Of a stretch of 64,000 nt of DNA, positions 40,140 through 56,269 are shown piece after piece. Source of the DNA: Callorhinchus milii (Eukaryota); contig NW_024704743.1 of assembly GCF_018977255.1 (NCBI RefSeq), positions 90,646,001 through 90,710,000 on the forward strand. The letters are read 5' to 3'. A program made the translations under genes and the position numbers. The notes beneath the pieces are model-generated. The model was not told the DNA's origin and did no database searches. It saw only the letters and a list, made by a program, of their open reading frames with translations. Each line of letters starts with the position of its first letter. Position 1 is the stretch's first letter.

Positions 40140-40330
40140 ACGCTATTCCAATGAACCACAACGCAAGCTTGAGGAACAGCACCTCATCTATCTGCTGTAT
40201 CCTTAATAGCCTCTCCCTCCCAACATGCCCTTTTCTGACAAAGGGTCGTGGGCTCGAAACGTTGATTCACTTTCCTTTCTCCATAGATGCTGCCTGACCT
40301 GTTGAGTGTTCCCAGCGTCTTCTGTTTTTG
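40140..40330 (+). mobile_element. Penelope-like 3' fragment, inverted relative to 37995-38660
   Basis: QRKLEEQHLI remnant plus AGATGCTGCCTGACCTGTTGAGTGTTCCCAGC. Confidence 0.75.
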
Positions 40331-40935
40331 ATCAAGAAAAATTAGATAGGTTGGAGCTTTCCACTCTAGAGTTGAGACGATTGAGAGGGGATCAGATAGA
40401 GGTTGCGGTTGAAGCAAAGAGCATCAATGCATTTCAGAGAAAACTTGCATAGATGAGGGATAAATGCATACCTACTTGATAGACAGGTAACAGAGAGGGG
40501 AATAAGAGGGGTGGAGGCTCATGTGGAGCATAAACACTAGTTAGGGGCACGTGGTCTGTTTCTGTGCCATATAATTCTATTTAACTCTATACCAGAGATT
40601 ATGAAAAAACATTAACTATTAATGACATCCTCCCAACGTGAAAAGCGCTATATCAAATGCAAGGATTATTATTATTATTATTAACATTCTGCAATATTAT
40701 TTTAACCATATTCACTAATATTTCCATTAAAATGTAATATGCTTTTAAGAACCAGATATACATATTACAGGACTAACATCTCAGTAGTGTGTGAAAAATA
40801 AATTGTGTGAATTTACTTTCTATCATTATGTATTTGCTTTTGTAAAAAAAAGGAAAGAAAACCATATTGAAGAATGAAAACACAGGCAAAATATGTACAG
40901 AAATTATATGAAATGGATAAAAGATTTCATCTCAC

Positions 40936-41850
40936 TTTTTTGTGTTGATTTCCTATTAAGGATGTGTTCCCCTTTGAGCAAGATCCTTGAGATGGTTCAC
41001 TATCAGTCACGTAAACCACTGAATTTGTGCCTCTTGTTGTTGTTGAATTTGTGCCTCCTCTCTGGACACTTATAGTTCCTTGTTGAATTTTTCCAAATGT
41101 CTGAAGTGATGTAATTCCAGGTTTCATCATTCCTGTATTTGTGTTTGACTTGCTTTGGGGCATGGATGTCCCTGCATTTGAGTTTTGCATCTGTTTAGTA
41201 CTTGATTTATCCTTCTTTGGTTTTGTAGCTAACCTTTGCTTTTGTATATTACCAAACCAGATCATTTCTGGCTTGGTTGTGCGTTTCTGTTCCTGGGTAT
41301 TCTTAAGCTTGCTTATTTCTATGTTTGTGACTAATGAATCTAAAGTTGCCAGTTTTCCTAAAACATGTTTGGCATATTGCTTATTTTTACCTTCATTGAT
41401 ATTTGTATTTCTGAACTGTTTATTTGGTTGCAGCAGTTTGCTTTTAAATATTGGTATAATCATGGGATTTGTTCCATGATTATAAATAGAATTAGCTTGC
41501 ATCATGTAATTAAAGGTAGTTGAGTTATTGTTTTTTGATTCTGCCTTTTGTGAAGAATTCTGAAGCACCACGCCAGGTTGCTCTGTCAATCTAAATTTGC
41601 TTCCATATAGTATCACATCACCCACTGACCCTTGATCCAAACTTGTATGAGAATCTACTTTGTGCTTATTGTCCAAGATGCTGGTCTGAATTTCAGCATT
41701 GGGATAAACTGAAGTACAGTTGGTCTGAATTTCAGCATTGGGATAAACTGAAGGACAGTTGCTGACAACATGTCTGACTAAGGGAATTTCTGTTAGAGCA
41801 GGCCGCAAGTCAATCTTAGTAGTCAGATTTGGTGGTCTTTTCTGAACTGC
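40936..41850 (-). CDS. C18orf63: C18orf63 coding exon 11 (large, low-complexity)
   Basis: 915 nt open; starts AVQKRPPNLTTKIDLRPALTE (cf. human KPPNLTTK..LRASLTQ), contains IIPIFKSKLLQ (cf. FVPVFKNRLLQ); GTGAG donor. Confidence 0.88.
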
Positions 41851-42497
41851 CTAATTTATAAACATACAAAGACAATATAATATGGCCATCATAACCCATA
41901 GATCGACAACAAAAACATACTTACACATTCACCCACAAAACACACACTTTGCAGTATATCCTGGAAATGCTTGATGTGAAAGGTGCTATACCAAATGAAG
42001 GATTATTATTATAATAATACAAATTTAGTTTTTAAAATTTCAATCCCACATTCTTATTCCTTCCACATAACAGTAGTCTTCCATCCTATTTTATTCCAGT
42101 CAAAACAAAAGCTGGCCCGAGTCTGCGTGCATCCAACTAAGCACCGAAAATCATAAATACATAAATGCAAAAATGTTAACAGATGTAGTAATTAGTGAAA
42201 TACAAAATCCAGGTAATCTAAATTGAAGTGCTATTGATATTTTGGGAATATTATTTTTCTGGAATTAGCGAAAGTAATGACTATTGGCCTTAAGAAGCTA
42301 ATAGTTCATAACATATCTGAAGCATGTCAACTTGCCAACAAATACATGTCTTTTGTTATTGAACAACCAAAGGTTTGCACTCATAAGATAAATATTTTTG
42401 ATCCCAGACTTAGTTATTACAATGTATCAAAACTATTCTATACAGTCAGATTATCATTTTTCAGGGTTCTTCATCTGCTTTGCCAAATGTATCCTCA

Positions 42498-44970
<2,473 letters not shown>

Positions 44971-45056
44971 GTAAATAGTCTCTCTCCTACCAGCTTGAAG
45001 TACACTGTGCAGTAGAGTGCATCACTGTCATTAATCTCAGGGAGATTGTAACCATA
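44971..45056 (-). CDS. C18orf63: C18orf63 coding exon 9
   Basis: CTCTTTTAG acceptor; YGYNLPEINDSDALYCTVYFKLVGERLF(T); cf. human YGYKLP...YCNIYFKMLGERTFT. Confidence 0.92.
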
Positions 45057-45957
45057 CTAAAAGAGAACACACAATAAACATTATGGTCACCTGAATACAA
45101 TACCTACTTGATTTAAATGACACCTTGTTGGAATTAAAAGAAAAGGTTCTTTAGATTTAGCTGGCATCATTTTTTTCAAAGAAGATTATACTTCAAATAT
45201 ACAAGGTTAAGCTATGATATAGAACTAAGAAAATGAAAGATATTTGTTCCTTTCTGGGACAATGCAGGGCAATTCTGTTATAATGTAGTGCTTTGGATCC
45301 CAAAATGTTAAGACACCTCATTATAACATGTATGTAACACTAAAAGGCCACTGGTCCTGTTTTGGTCGTTGGGTTGCTGCTGACATCACATCTGGTCATT
45401 TCTAAAATGCAGCTGACCAGCCAGCTTCCTTTATGCAATTGAAGAAAACTAGCCAGTTTATGCCCGATTTAATCATCCTAGATATAAAATCCTCTTGTCC
45501 ACATTGTCAAAGGTTGCTACACCTTTGAATTTTTCATCAGCCGAGTATCTGACACACACAGAAATCCATTGCCATTAGTTTTAATTTTCCTTCTCAAATA
45601 TTTCTCTGATCCTCTGTTAAAAGTTATTATGAATTCTATTTCAACCATTATTTTGGTAGAGAATTTCAAATCCCCATAACTCTGTGTTTATAACATTTCC
45701 TAACCTCTCCCTTTGTTTTTTGTGTTACAGTCTGACATTTGTGGCTTGTAGTTACCAATTCAATGATTAGAAATAATTTTCTCCATTTACCTTATCAGTA
45801 ACTCTCAGTGTTTGGAACACCTCTACCCTGTCTCCTCGCAAAGACTATTTTAAAGTTATCAATTTAACAAGAAAGTTTTAAAACTCAAAATTATAACACA
45901 GAAAAAAAGTTTTTTTGTATTATGCAGTAAAAAATACTGTACCCAATACTTTTTTTA

Positions 45958-46215
<258 letters not shown>

Positions 46216-46554
46216 TCACCGCAATATTTTTAAAAAATTTACCTTTGATAACTTTAAGAAAAAAGTGACATAGGCGACTCTCCTTTATATTAGTGAAATA
46301 CTAGTGAGTTATTTTAATGGCAAGTGTGAGATAGCGTATATAGAAACATCCATTATTCTGTTTGTACTATTTGTTCAGCACTCAAGACAAGAATTACAAT
46401 TCAGGTTTTTGTTAAAACTGTAAAGTTGTTTTCTTTACTTCTGAGTGCTAGATTTCAAATTAAGCATAACTTTCAAGAGATTCAAACTCAATAAAAATTA
46501 CCAATTTTTTTTGTATTCAGTGCAGGATAGATTTACAGGTACTGGTAGATTTAC

Positions 46555-46840
46555 TTAAAATTAAGGGTCAGCCTTTTAGAACAGAGTTGAGGAAACATTT
46601 CTTCACTCAGAGGTTAGTGAATTTATGCAATTCACTACCCCAGAAGGCTGTAGATGCTCAGTCTTTGAATATCTTCAGGGCTGAGACTGATAGATTTTTA
46701 AAAACTAGAGGGATTAGGGGATATGGGGATAGGGCAGGTAATTAGTTAGGTCAGAAGATCAGCCATGATCTTATCGAATGGCGGGGCAGGCTTGAGGGGC
46801 CGAATGGCCTACTCCTGCTCCTAATTCTTATGTTCTTACC
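46555..46840 (+). mobile_element. CR1 LINE 3' end
   Basis: GATCAGCCATGATCTTATCGAATGGCGGGGCAGGCTTGAGGGGCCGAATGGCCTACTCCTGCTCCTAATTCTTATGTTCTTA. Confidence 0.9.
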
Positions 46841-48219
46841 AGGGATGAGAGGATTCAATTTTGTTTTGGTCAGCCAGGATATATGTGGAAATCCATCACT
46901 ACGCTGAAGAGTAACCAAAACAAAATGAGAGTTTAATGTAGTTCACTTATACATGGAAATTTTCATGCAATGGAATGTGCACTCATTGGAGGGACGCATC
47001 TTTGCTTACCTTATTCCAGAGAGTAATAGGCTCAGGCTGGCAAGAGAACCCCAGAGTGTGCATTGGGGTATTAGTGGAGCTAACATCACATAGCTTGCCA
47101 TTGAAAGCACTATCTAGCAAGCTTTCCCATTGCTTATCCAGCAAACACCAACCTACCCGTAAGGGCTTTGACTTGCAGAGTTAATAGGCGATGAGTGGGA
47201 AGATTCCCTGCCCCCAGTGACTAGTCTGCCCCTACCAATGAGCCAGGCTAGCTGGGCTGTCATCAGCAATGTCCTGGAGTATTGCGGGCCAGCCTGACTT
47301 ATAAACTGGACTATGAGATCGCCACAGAAGGATGACCTGATTCTGACAATCCATTGCAAGGTAAGCCATCTTGGAGCCAGTTCAGCTCCAAGCTTTCAGG
47401 CTGTGCTTTCAGCCACTACGCCCTGAAACTTTGGAACTCTCTCCCTCAATCCTTCCACCTCTCTCCCTCCTTCCCCATTTATAGATCACATCTGAAGACT
47501 TTTCTCTTCAACCGTGCTTATGGTCACCACCTCCTGGCTTGGCGTCAGGTTTAAACGCTCTGTTAAAACCACTATTAAACGCTCTGAGACGCATAAAGAG
47601 TGCTATATTAATGCAAGTTGTTGTTGTTGCAAGATTGAAAGAAATGTAATCATGGTATTGAGCTGAATAATCAAGCTACAGCAAGGATTGACAAATGGTT
47701 CAGAACCAAACCCTAAATTTAGTTATATGACAAAATTATGTGTTTCCTTTGGGCTGCTAACATTCCAATTGTTAACATTTATCCCATCCAAACATAGGTA
47801 CTATCAATGAATGAGCTAAGTGACCTTACTTCAATATAACTAATGCTATGACTTTAAAAATATCTATTTAACTTATATTGCCTTTGACTATCATTAATCT
47901 TAGTCTTAAAACCATTGTCTTAAAATTTAAGGAAATGCACAATTTTGGAAAAAGTCTTCAATTAAGTCTTAATTTGGAAGCTAGTTTTGTGTAGTTTTTC
48001 CAAAGCTTATGAAACAAGTTTCCACTGAATTTGAAATTTTGCAAAATGTTCCAGAATCTTAAAATCTAATGATTTTAATGGTAACATTTCAGGCATCATC
48101 TTGTAAACTATGAAATCTGAAAATCCATCTAATTTGTACTTGTTTAAAAAATAATTCTCAACTAAAAATTATTGTAGTGTATTAGTATTACAGTAGGATG
48201 TGAAACTACCTGAACATAC

Positions 48220-48329
48220 CTGGGTAACACATAGCACCAGTTGCTGGAGATAAAATGTTTTGGAATTACTGCAAATCTATTGTTGTAGAAATTCTTTAAC
48301 ACTCCTATCGATATGTCAAAGTCTTCAAG
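48220..48329 (-). CDS. C18orf63: C18orf63 coding exon 7
   Basis: LEDFDISIGVLKNFYNNRFAVIPKHFISSNWCYVLP; AG/GT, phase 0->2. Confidence 0.92.
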
Positions 48330-49673
48330 CTGCAAAACAATTGTTTTGAATTTTATTGTTAACAATCAAATTCCAAATGGTATATATTTCATAGTTCTAA
48401 GATTGGCAGGTGCATCAACCCCAAAAGTTATGTATTTCAACATAAAATACTGATAATAGACAGCAAGTATTCAAAACAATAAATAATAATAATCCTCGCA
48501 TTTGATTTAGCTCCTGGTTATGTCTTTGAAACGTCTCAAGCCGCTTCACAGAATATACTGCAAGGTGAATTGACTGTATATTTTTGTGGGAGAAACATGG
48601 CAGCCAATTGCACACAGCAGTGTCCCGCAAACAGGCGTACATTGAGTGACAAAATTATTTATTTTTGGGGGGAGGATTATTACCCCCAGAAAAGCGATCC
48701 ACCAAATCGCCTAACAACTGTAACAGAGACAAGTTTTACCCATAACTTGAATTTACATTCAATTCGAAAAGATTCTGCAGATGATCAACTGAAAAAGGAT
48801 ATTGATATACCAATCTGACATAGCATTTTGATACTGACATAACAATTTGATATACCATATATATTATCAAATGCAAATACAAGGATTATACCAATAACCT
48901 AAAATGTAGGCTGTAATTTCTATCCAAATTTTCACACATTGGGATTTAATTTACAATGTTTCTTTCCTGATGGGATTTTTCAAGAAGGAATTCTGTTAGA
49001 ATTTCCAACAACCTGTGGGAACACTACTCCATTTGATAATCATAATAAGAATTATTATAACACCTGATCATGTCGGTGAACTGCCTCAAGCATTTCACAG
49101 GATTTACTGTAAGGATAGACTGTCTCTCTCTGGTCATCACAAGGAAATTTCTGTGAGTCAGTGTGAGGTATTTCTGGTTATCAGAGGAGTGAACTCAGTC
49201 ACTGCCAGACAGTTGGTGGTGGTGGGTGGGGTGGGGGGGGGGGCGCTGTTCTTGAGTGGAATCTAGAAATTTTAGTCTGGAGAAGAGGCGGAAATAGAAA
49301 AATAATTAAATATCAGAATGCGTTCACACACTATCACTTGTTCAATAATAGACCAACACTGGAATACGGTTGAGAGCACTAAGAGAATGGTGCTTACAAC
49401 AGGAGGATGTAACAACAGATAACGAGAAATATAAATAAGCACGGAACAAGAAAAGGCCATTTGACCCATAAAGCCATACTTTCCTCTAACTGAGAAGAAT
49501 TTACCCTCCCATTCATTTAATCCCATTCTACCCCATTCATTTAACGTTTTGAGTAAATTTCTAAATAAATATCCCTGCGCTATCGTCAAATATACCATAT
49601 TTGTTTTAGAAAAAATTAATTTCAGTATTTAAAAAGTAAATTTATTAAAGCAAATCTAAGAGAAAATGAATAC

Positions 49674-49750
49674 CTTTGCCAATGGCAGTCGAATAGTAGA
49701 GGCCTCTACACTAATACACAGCTGGGTCTCTGAAACATTCAACTCCATAA
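49674..49750 (-). CDS. C18orf63: C18orf63 coding exon 6
   Basis: (V)MELNVSETQLCISVEASTIRLPLAK; AG/GT, phase 1->0. Confidence 0.92.
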
Positions 49751-50089
49751 CTGTAATGAAGATTTGGAAGAGCACTTAGTTAACTTATAACTCTGAATTC
49801 TAACTTTTGTATTTACTTTTTAAATTTTTCATAAAAGCTGACTCCTTTTGTTCCAATAATTTTAGTCTTATATTTAAAAAAATATTGGGCTATGAACTGT
49901 TACAATGAATATTTTACTAACAACAACAACAACAACTTGCATTTATCAAGTATACTAAATGCAGTTAAATAATGAAACAATAAAATCTGGTAAAACAGGA
50001 CTACTGTCTCATCCACAGCTGGATTAAGACTTTTTTTTATTATGTTGCAGGTTTTTCCAATGACTCAATTGGTAAAACTACTGTCTAAC

Positions 50090-51040
50090 ACGAACAACAA
50101 CAACAAATTACATTTGTATAGCACCTTTCACATCCAGAAGACAACCAAAGGCGCAGGACAGTCAGGGATTTGGACCTGAGCTGGGGGTTGGAATCAGGGG
50201 AAGTAGGGGTAGGAGGGGAGCCGAAGGCGCGGTCAAATAGGAGGGTCTTGAGACATGCCTTGAAGGAGGCAAGGGAGGGAGCAAGGCAACAACAACAACA
50301 ACAACAACAAGATTCCATTTATAAAGCGCCTTTCACGTCAGGAGGACGTCCCAAGGCAAAGGTACTGTAGGATGGAGTTCCAAAGGGTGGGGGCAGGGAG
50401 GCTTAAGGCCCGACCGCCGATGGTGGGGCAGGTCGTGTGGGGGTACATAAAGCAGGGCAGAGCCTGCTGAGCGGACAGGTTGATAATAATAATAATCCTT
50501 GCATTTGATATAGTGCTTTTCACATCTTCTAGACATCTCAAAGCACTTCACAGAATGTACGTAAAGTGAATTGACTGTAGATTTTGTGGGCGAAACGCAG
50601 CAACCAATTGCGCACAACAGGGTCCCACAATTTGAGTGACAAAATTATTATTGTTAGTTTTTTTTTCTTGAGGTATTATTATCAGGCATGTGGAGTAAGA
50701 AAACTTTCCCAAGGTTTCATCCTGCTGGGAATCGAACGCAGATCTCTCGCTTACGAGGCGAGTGCTCTAACTACTGAGCTTCAAAACTCCTCCTGCTGAT
50801 ATGGGGTTAGCAGGTCACAGAGGTAGGATGGAGCAAGGCCATGGAGGGCCTTGAAGAAAGGACAAGGATTTTGAACTCTATCCTCTGGGAGATGGGGAGC
50901 TGGTGTAGTGAGGGTGATGTTGATAGGGTCACGGAGCCTAGTGCAGGAGAGGACACAAGCTGCAGAGTTCTGGATGATCTGCAGCTTGTGGAGGAAGAGT
51001 TGGGAAGGACAAGCATGGAGTTGACATAGTCGAGCCAGAT
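50090..51040 (-). mobile_element. L2 fragment carrying two nested insertions (L2 tail about 50286-50356; SINE about 50481-50790)
   Basis: Host L2 sequence is collinear on either side of each insert. Confidence 0.85.
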
Positions 51041-51657
51041 GTGGATATAGACGAGGAAGATGCCAAGTTTGATTCATGGTTTGTTTTGTTGGCTTCTCAG
51101 CCACAGTGACAGTAGAGGATCTATATCTGCCCTTTGTGATAGGGACTGGAAATATCAGACAGGGTTCCTGTTCCTATAAAAACAGATATCGGTGAGAACA
51201 TGCAGCAGGTCAGGCAGCATCTATGGAGAGAGGAAAATGAGTTAACTTTTTAGGTCAATATCCTTTCGTCAGAACTCATGCTCTTTCGTCCTGCTCCTAA
51301 GGGGTATCCATGGGCATCCCTTCTGGAAAATCGCAAGTGTAGATCAGAGAGTAAGGTTCATCTGTAATGACACCCTGCAGTCTGTCAACAAACACAGCCT
51401 GGACTCATAAATGAAGAATGGCAAATTGGACAACTTAACAGAACATGTAAAGTCATCTACAGTTAGCTAATGCCACAAAGTGTTTGCATTTTGTCAATAG
51501 TTTTACCTATATTTACAAAAGATAGAAAACTTTGCATGTGTATGGGTCCTCAACTTCATTTTTTACGCTCCGAATGGAAAATCTTTGTCGAATAAGATGA
51601 ACTTGCAAACGCATATTTTAAATCGTCATCACAAAGGGAAATATCTGCCTAACTCAC

Positions 51658-51699
51658 CAACAGCATTCTGCCTTTCTGTTTTCCTTAGGAAGTCTTTCC
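51658..51699 (-). CDS. C18orf63: C18orf63 coding exon 5
   Basis: 42 nt, (G)KDFLRKTERQNAV; TTTTTATTAG acceptor, GTGAGT donor; phase 1-1. Confidence 0.9.
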
Positions 51700-52372
51700 C
51701 TAATAAAAACAAGGCAATAATAACAACATTGCAAGTTTATTTATGAAATGCATTGAATGTAATTAATTATATGAATTTCAGATAATGGTTTGCATTTGAC
51801 TAAAACATTTTCATTTATATTAATTACAGCATTCAGGTGCCAAAGTCCCTTTTAAATGCTATGAAACCAGTGCAACTGTGCACGTACAAATCTTCCAGAG
51901 CAACCCAAACTCCTGGGTGCAATATGGGAGATTATTATTGGGAAACACATACTTCAGAATGTAGCATCTCTCCATTTTATCCTGTAGATACTTTGTCCCC
52001 ACTTAATAATTCAATACATTGTTTAAAATGCTAATCATGCAATCCAAAAGTATTATTTGTGCATGCTGGAATGCAATGATAAGTACTGTATACTGTACCT
52101 CAGTATACCTGGACCCTATTTCTTGTGTACATTGCTGACTTTGATTTCAGAACTTAGTACAACATGCTTAAATGTTAAAATAGATAAACAGATTACTAAA
52201 AAAGACAAAGTTGAGGTGAACTGTGGAACACGGAAGGCAACCAAAGTTTATAAATGGTGATTGATAAGTTATGCTGACAAGTAATGTTCAATACTGATAA
52301 ATGCAAGGTACTAGACAAAGGAAATAAAAATAAGAGGCAATATGTAACCTATGATTGGGATAGAACTTGTTA

Positions 52373-52495
<123 letters not shown>

Positions 52496-53159
52496 TCATA
52501 AAAGAGAAACAACCCTGAATGTTTCAATGCACAGTACAGCCATTAAAACTTGCTTTGTTGAGAAATTGTTTTGCTTAAAATGATAATCTTTGTATTTATA
52601 CAGCACTTTTCACTATAAAGTACAGTTACTTTGTGTTTTATAGGCAAACATGGCAGCCAATTTGTGCACAGCAATGTCCTACAAACATCCATGAAGTGAA
52701 TGACTAATTTAATCTGGGGGATATCTGGGCCATGACACTGGGAGAAATTCCCTTCTCGTTTCAAAGAGTTCCAAGAAATCTTTAACATCCACTTTATCGG
52801 GCAGATGGGACCTCGATATCTCATTTGAAGGTGACACCTCCAACAATACACCGCACTCCAAGAAGGTATTAGAGTGTCAGCCTGGACTGTGACTGCAACA
52901 TGTCAGTATTTTAGATGAACTGTTGTAACAGTAACAGTAAGAATTATGCATGGAGCTGCAGGGAGGGCCCAAGCCTGCACTGACCTGTTGCTGAGCACCC
53001 TGCAGGTGGAGTCGGCTTCGTGGCAGACCATGTCTATTTGCCAAAGCCCCTCACATGAGGACTTGGATTAAGCACCTGGTGCTGAGTAAACCTGGGATTA
53101 GACCTGGACCTTGAGAACATCAAAGTGGCTGGCACATCACATGTCTTGTAAAGGACATA

Positions 53160-53870
53160 ACATTACATGTAGGAGCAGGAGTAGGCCATTCGGCCCTTCG
53201 AGCCTGCCCCGCCATTCAATCATGGCTGATCTTCTAATCTAACTCCAGCTAATAACCTGACCCTGCCTTATCCCCATATCCCTTAATCCCTTTTGCAATA
53301 AGAAATCTACTTCAGTCTTGAATATGTTCAAGGACTGAGCGTCAACAGCCCTTTGGGGTAGCGAGTTCCATATATTCAGAAGAAGTTCTTCCTCAACTCA
53401 GTGTGAAAGGGCTGGCCTCTGATTTTAAGGTTGTGACCCCTGGTTTTAGTTTCTCCAACCAGGGGAAACAATCTCCCACTATCTACTCTTTCATGCCCTT
53501 TGATCATCTTATAGGTTTCTATAAGATCCCCTCTAATTCTTCTATATTCTAGAGAATATAGGCCCGAATTGGTCAGCCTATCCTCATAACTCAACCCATT
53601 CATCCCTGGTACTAACCTAGTAAATCTACGCTGCACCCCTTCCAAGGCAAGTACATCCTTCCTTAAATGAAGAGACCAAAACTGGACACAGTATTCCAGG
53701 TGTGGTCTCACCAGGGCCCTATACAGTTGCAGAAAGACTTCCCTACTCTTATACTCTAATCCTTTCATAATGAATGCTAACATACCGTTCGCCTTCCTAA
53801 TTGCTGCTGCACCTGCAGACTAACTTTCTGTGATTGGTGTACAAGGACACCGAAGTCCCTCTGGACGCTA
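53160..53870 (-). mobile_element. CR1 LINE 3' fragment
   Basis: [18 protein letters not shown]...RGDLIETYK...TRGHNLK; CR1 3' UTR. Confidence 0.92.
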
Positions 53871-54844
53871 ACACATTCAACATGGACCTCCCATCACACT
53901 GAAGACAGATGAACACACATTCATATATCCAGGGCTTGGAATCCACCTTGATTGGCGAGCAGAGAGGTAAACAACTGCTGCTTATGCTACACACTTCTAA
54001 TTGGTAGAACGATTTTTCACTGGTAGGAATGTATGACCGAACTGTGGATAGGAAGATAGTTGCAATGCTCTCAACACATTTCATGCTGAGCTGTTCACCA
54101 GGAAGTTTGCAAAGAGTACCTGGTACCTGCCAAGCACCTAGTGAGCGCTCAGACCTGCATTTGTCAGATATGAAATGACCAACTGCTGACTATCCTCCTT
54201 GAGAGGAGGAGCAGAACTGATTCCGAGACAAAATGCTTGGCAATGGAATATTGGAATCGAGTTCACTCCCTGTGGCGGCTCCGCGGTAGTCTGGTTCCTG
54301 AGCTGGGTGTGCTCCTAGTACTTTAGGGCAGTGTTGACATCAGTCGAACCAGCCTGGCAGACATTTCACTGGGAGCGAGGATTCTTCCCAATTGACTTCT
54401 GTTAACCCTGCAAGCCAAGTTCCAAATGGTGGTCCCAGCTGCACAAGCAGCTGGAAGTTTGCCGGACAGTTCTTACAACAGAGAGCTGTACAGTTTAGCT
54501 GGTTAAACCCCAGCAGTATTTCAACATACACTGTGGGACCACCAAGGCTTACTCTTGCCAACTTGTGCACAATACTCTCTGGAATTAGGTAAGCAGGATG
54601 AATCCCTCCGGGGAGAGGGTGCTGATTCCATTCCAAATGTGGGAATTTCAATGGCAATCATGGGACTCTCAGTTTGGTTTGGATACTCTTAAGCATGGTG
54701 ATGAGTTTCTGCATGTGTCAGACATTCAGTTGACCAAACAAATATACAATTTAGAGTAGTTGCTACAGTTGCATCTGAACTTGTATATCTTTATTATAAA
54801 AAGCACACTATTCTCAAAAATACCATAGTCTAATGATAACATAC

Positions 54845-54901
54845 CTTTGCACCATGTTTTTGAATATATGCTTGAATGTTTCCAGTCTTATAAAAGGATA
54901 T
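54845..54901 (-). CDS. C18orf63: C18orf63 coding exon 3
   Basis: ISFYKTGNIQAYIQKHGAK; AG/GT, phase 0-0. Confidence 0.9.
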
Positions 54902-55084
54902 CTAAAATACAAATAAAATACAAATGATTTTAAAACTGTTAGTAAATAACATTCTGATTCCTTACAGCAGGTTTCTTTTGAGTTTACATTTTATGGCGGA
55001 AATTCTACACACTGTAAAAAATATATACCTGTACAGTACTACCAAGATGCCAATTGTAGAATTACTTACTAAATTCATACTCAC

Positions 55085-55157
55085 TGGAATTACCACTATA
55101 ATTTCTTTATCGGCTCCTGGGGAAGCAAGAACTTCTGGATGAAGAAACAACAGTTGC
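55085..55157 (-). CDS. C18orf63: C18orf63 coding exon 2
   Basis: (R)QLLFLHPEVLASPGADKEIIVVIP; TTTTTTCAG acceptor, GTGAGT donor. Confidence 0.9.
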
Positions 55158-55907
55158 CTGAAAAAATAAGATTGTGCTTAATTTCCTATTTGGCCTCTCA
55201 CTGCCTTTTGGACAATGGCAGTTTCTATTTGTAATGCACATTACATATGCAATTATATTCAAAAATAATAATTATATTCTCCACAGCAATACTTTTTTGT
55301 AAATCCTCTTCTCCTTAAGGTACTGACTAGCATTGGTGTATGGTTCTACAAGACCTGATCACCATTCACCCAAGTAGTCAATCTTTATATATGAGTGCGA
55401 CACAGTGAAATGTTTTGACTATGGATGGGGGTGAGGTGGGGTGGGGGGAGAAGGATGTCCCAAAGCTCTTCACGGGATTATTGGGAAGTGGAGTAACTGT
55501 GTGTTTGTAAGCAAAAGCATCAGCCCAATTGCACACAACAATGCCCCGAAACACTCACAAAGTGAATGACCATTTTTTCATTTGGGGGATTGTTGGCCAG
55601 GATACCAGGAGGAGAAACTCCCTCGTCTTTTCAAGTAGTGCCACCTTTAACGTCCACCTGAACAAGTTAACCAGAACCTCATCTGAAGAACGGCATCTCT
55701 GACAACGCAACACCTCCCAAACATTGCAACGGAGCGTCAGCCAAGACTATGGGAGTTCAAGTCTCCGCGTGTGACTTGAACCCACCATCTTCTGACTTGG
55801 AAGCGAGAGTGCTACCAAACGCTAGTAAGAAATCGTGCGATAAATTTTGATGATTGGAATATACACCTCTGTATAGTTTACATGTCACCAGAGTGTCCTG
55901 AGGTTAC

Positions 55908-56038
55908 CTGCACATTATTATTTGTGCACTTCTCACATCAGCACAGTCACAGTTTAAAGTAGCTGTGACACCGCACAATTTTCCAAGGTCCGGGAGAGCG
56001 ATGAAGAACAAAGACTGAAAACTACTATTTCCCTTCAT
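55908..56038 (-). CDS. C18orf63: C18orf63 coding exon 1 (DUF4708 N-terminus)
   Basis: MKGNSSFQSLFFIALPDLGKLCGVTATLNCDCADVRSAQIIMC(R) then GTAA donor; cf. human QSLFFITLPDLNKLCAV. An acceptor at 56051 implies an upstream non-coding exon (possible donor at 56225). Confidence 0.92.
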
Positions 56039-56269
56039 CTTCCAGAGCTACTAAAACGGTGTCAAATGCAAAAGGGTCAATCTGCAAAACGGAGAGAGAG
56101 AAAAAAAGTTAAAAATCTAGTAAACTCAGGAAAACAAATGCAGCCAAGCTTTTAGATTCTTTATTGGACAATGTTATCATGAAGCCGGGATTGCAGACAG
56201 ATTCTTAACAGACATTAATTAACACCTGAACTTCAGACTGACATTGACTGAAGGACAGACTGACATTGA

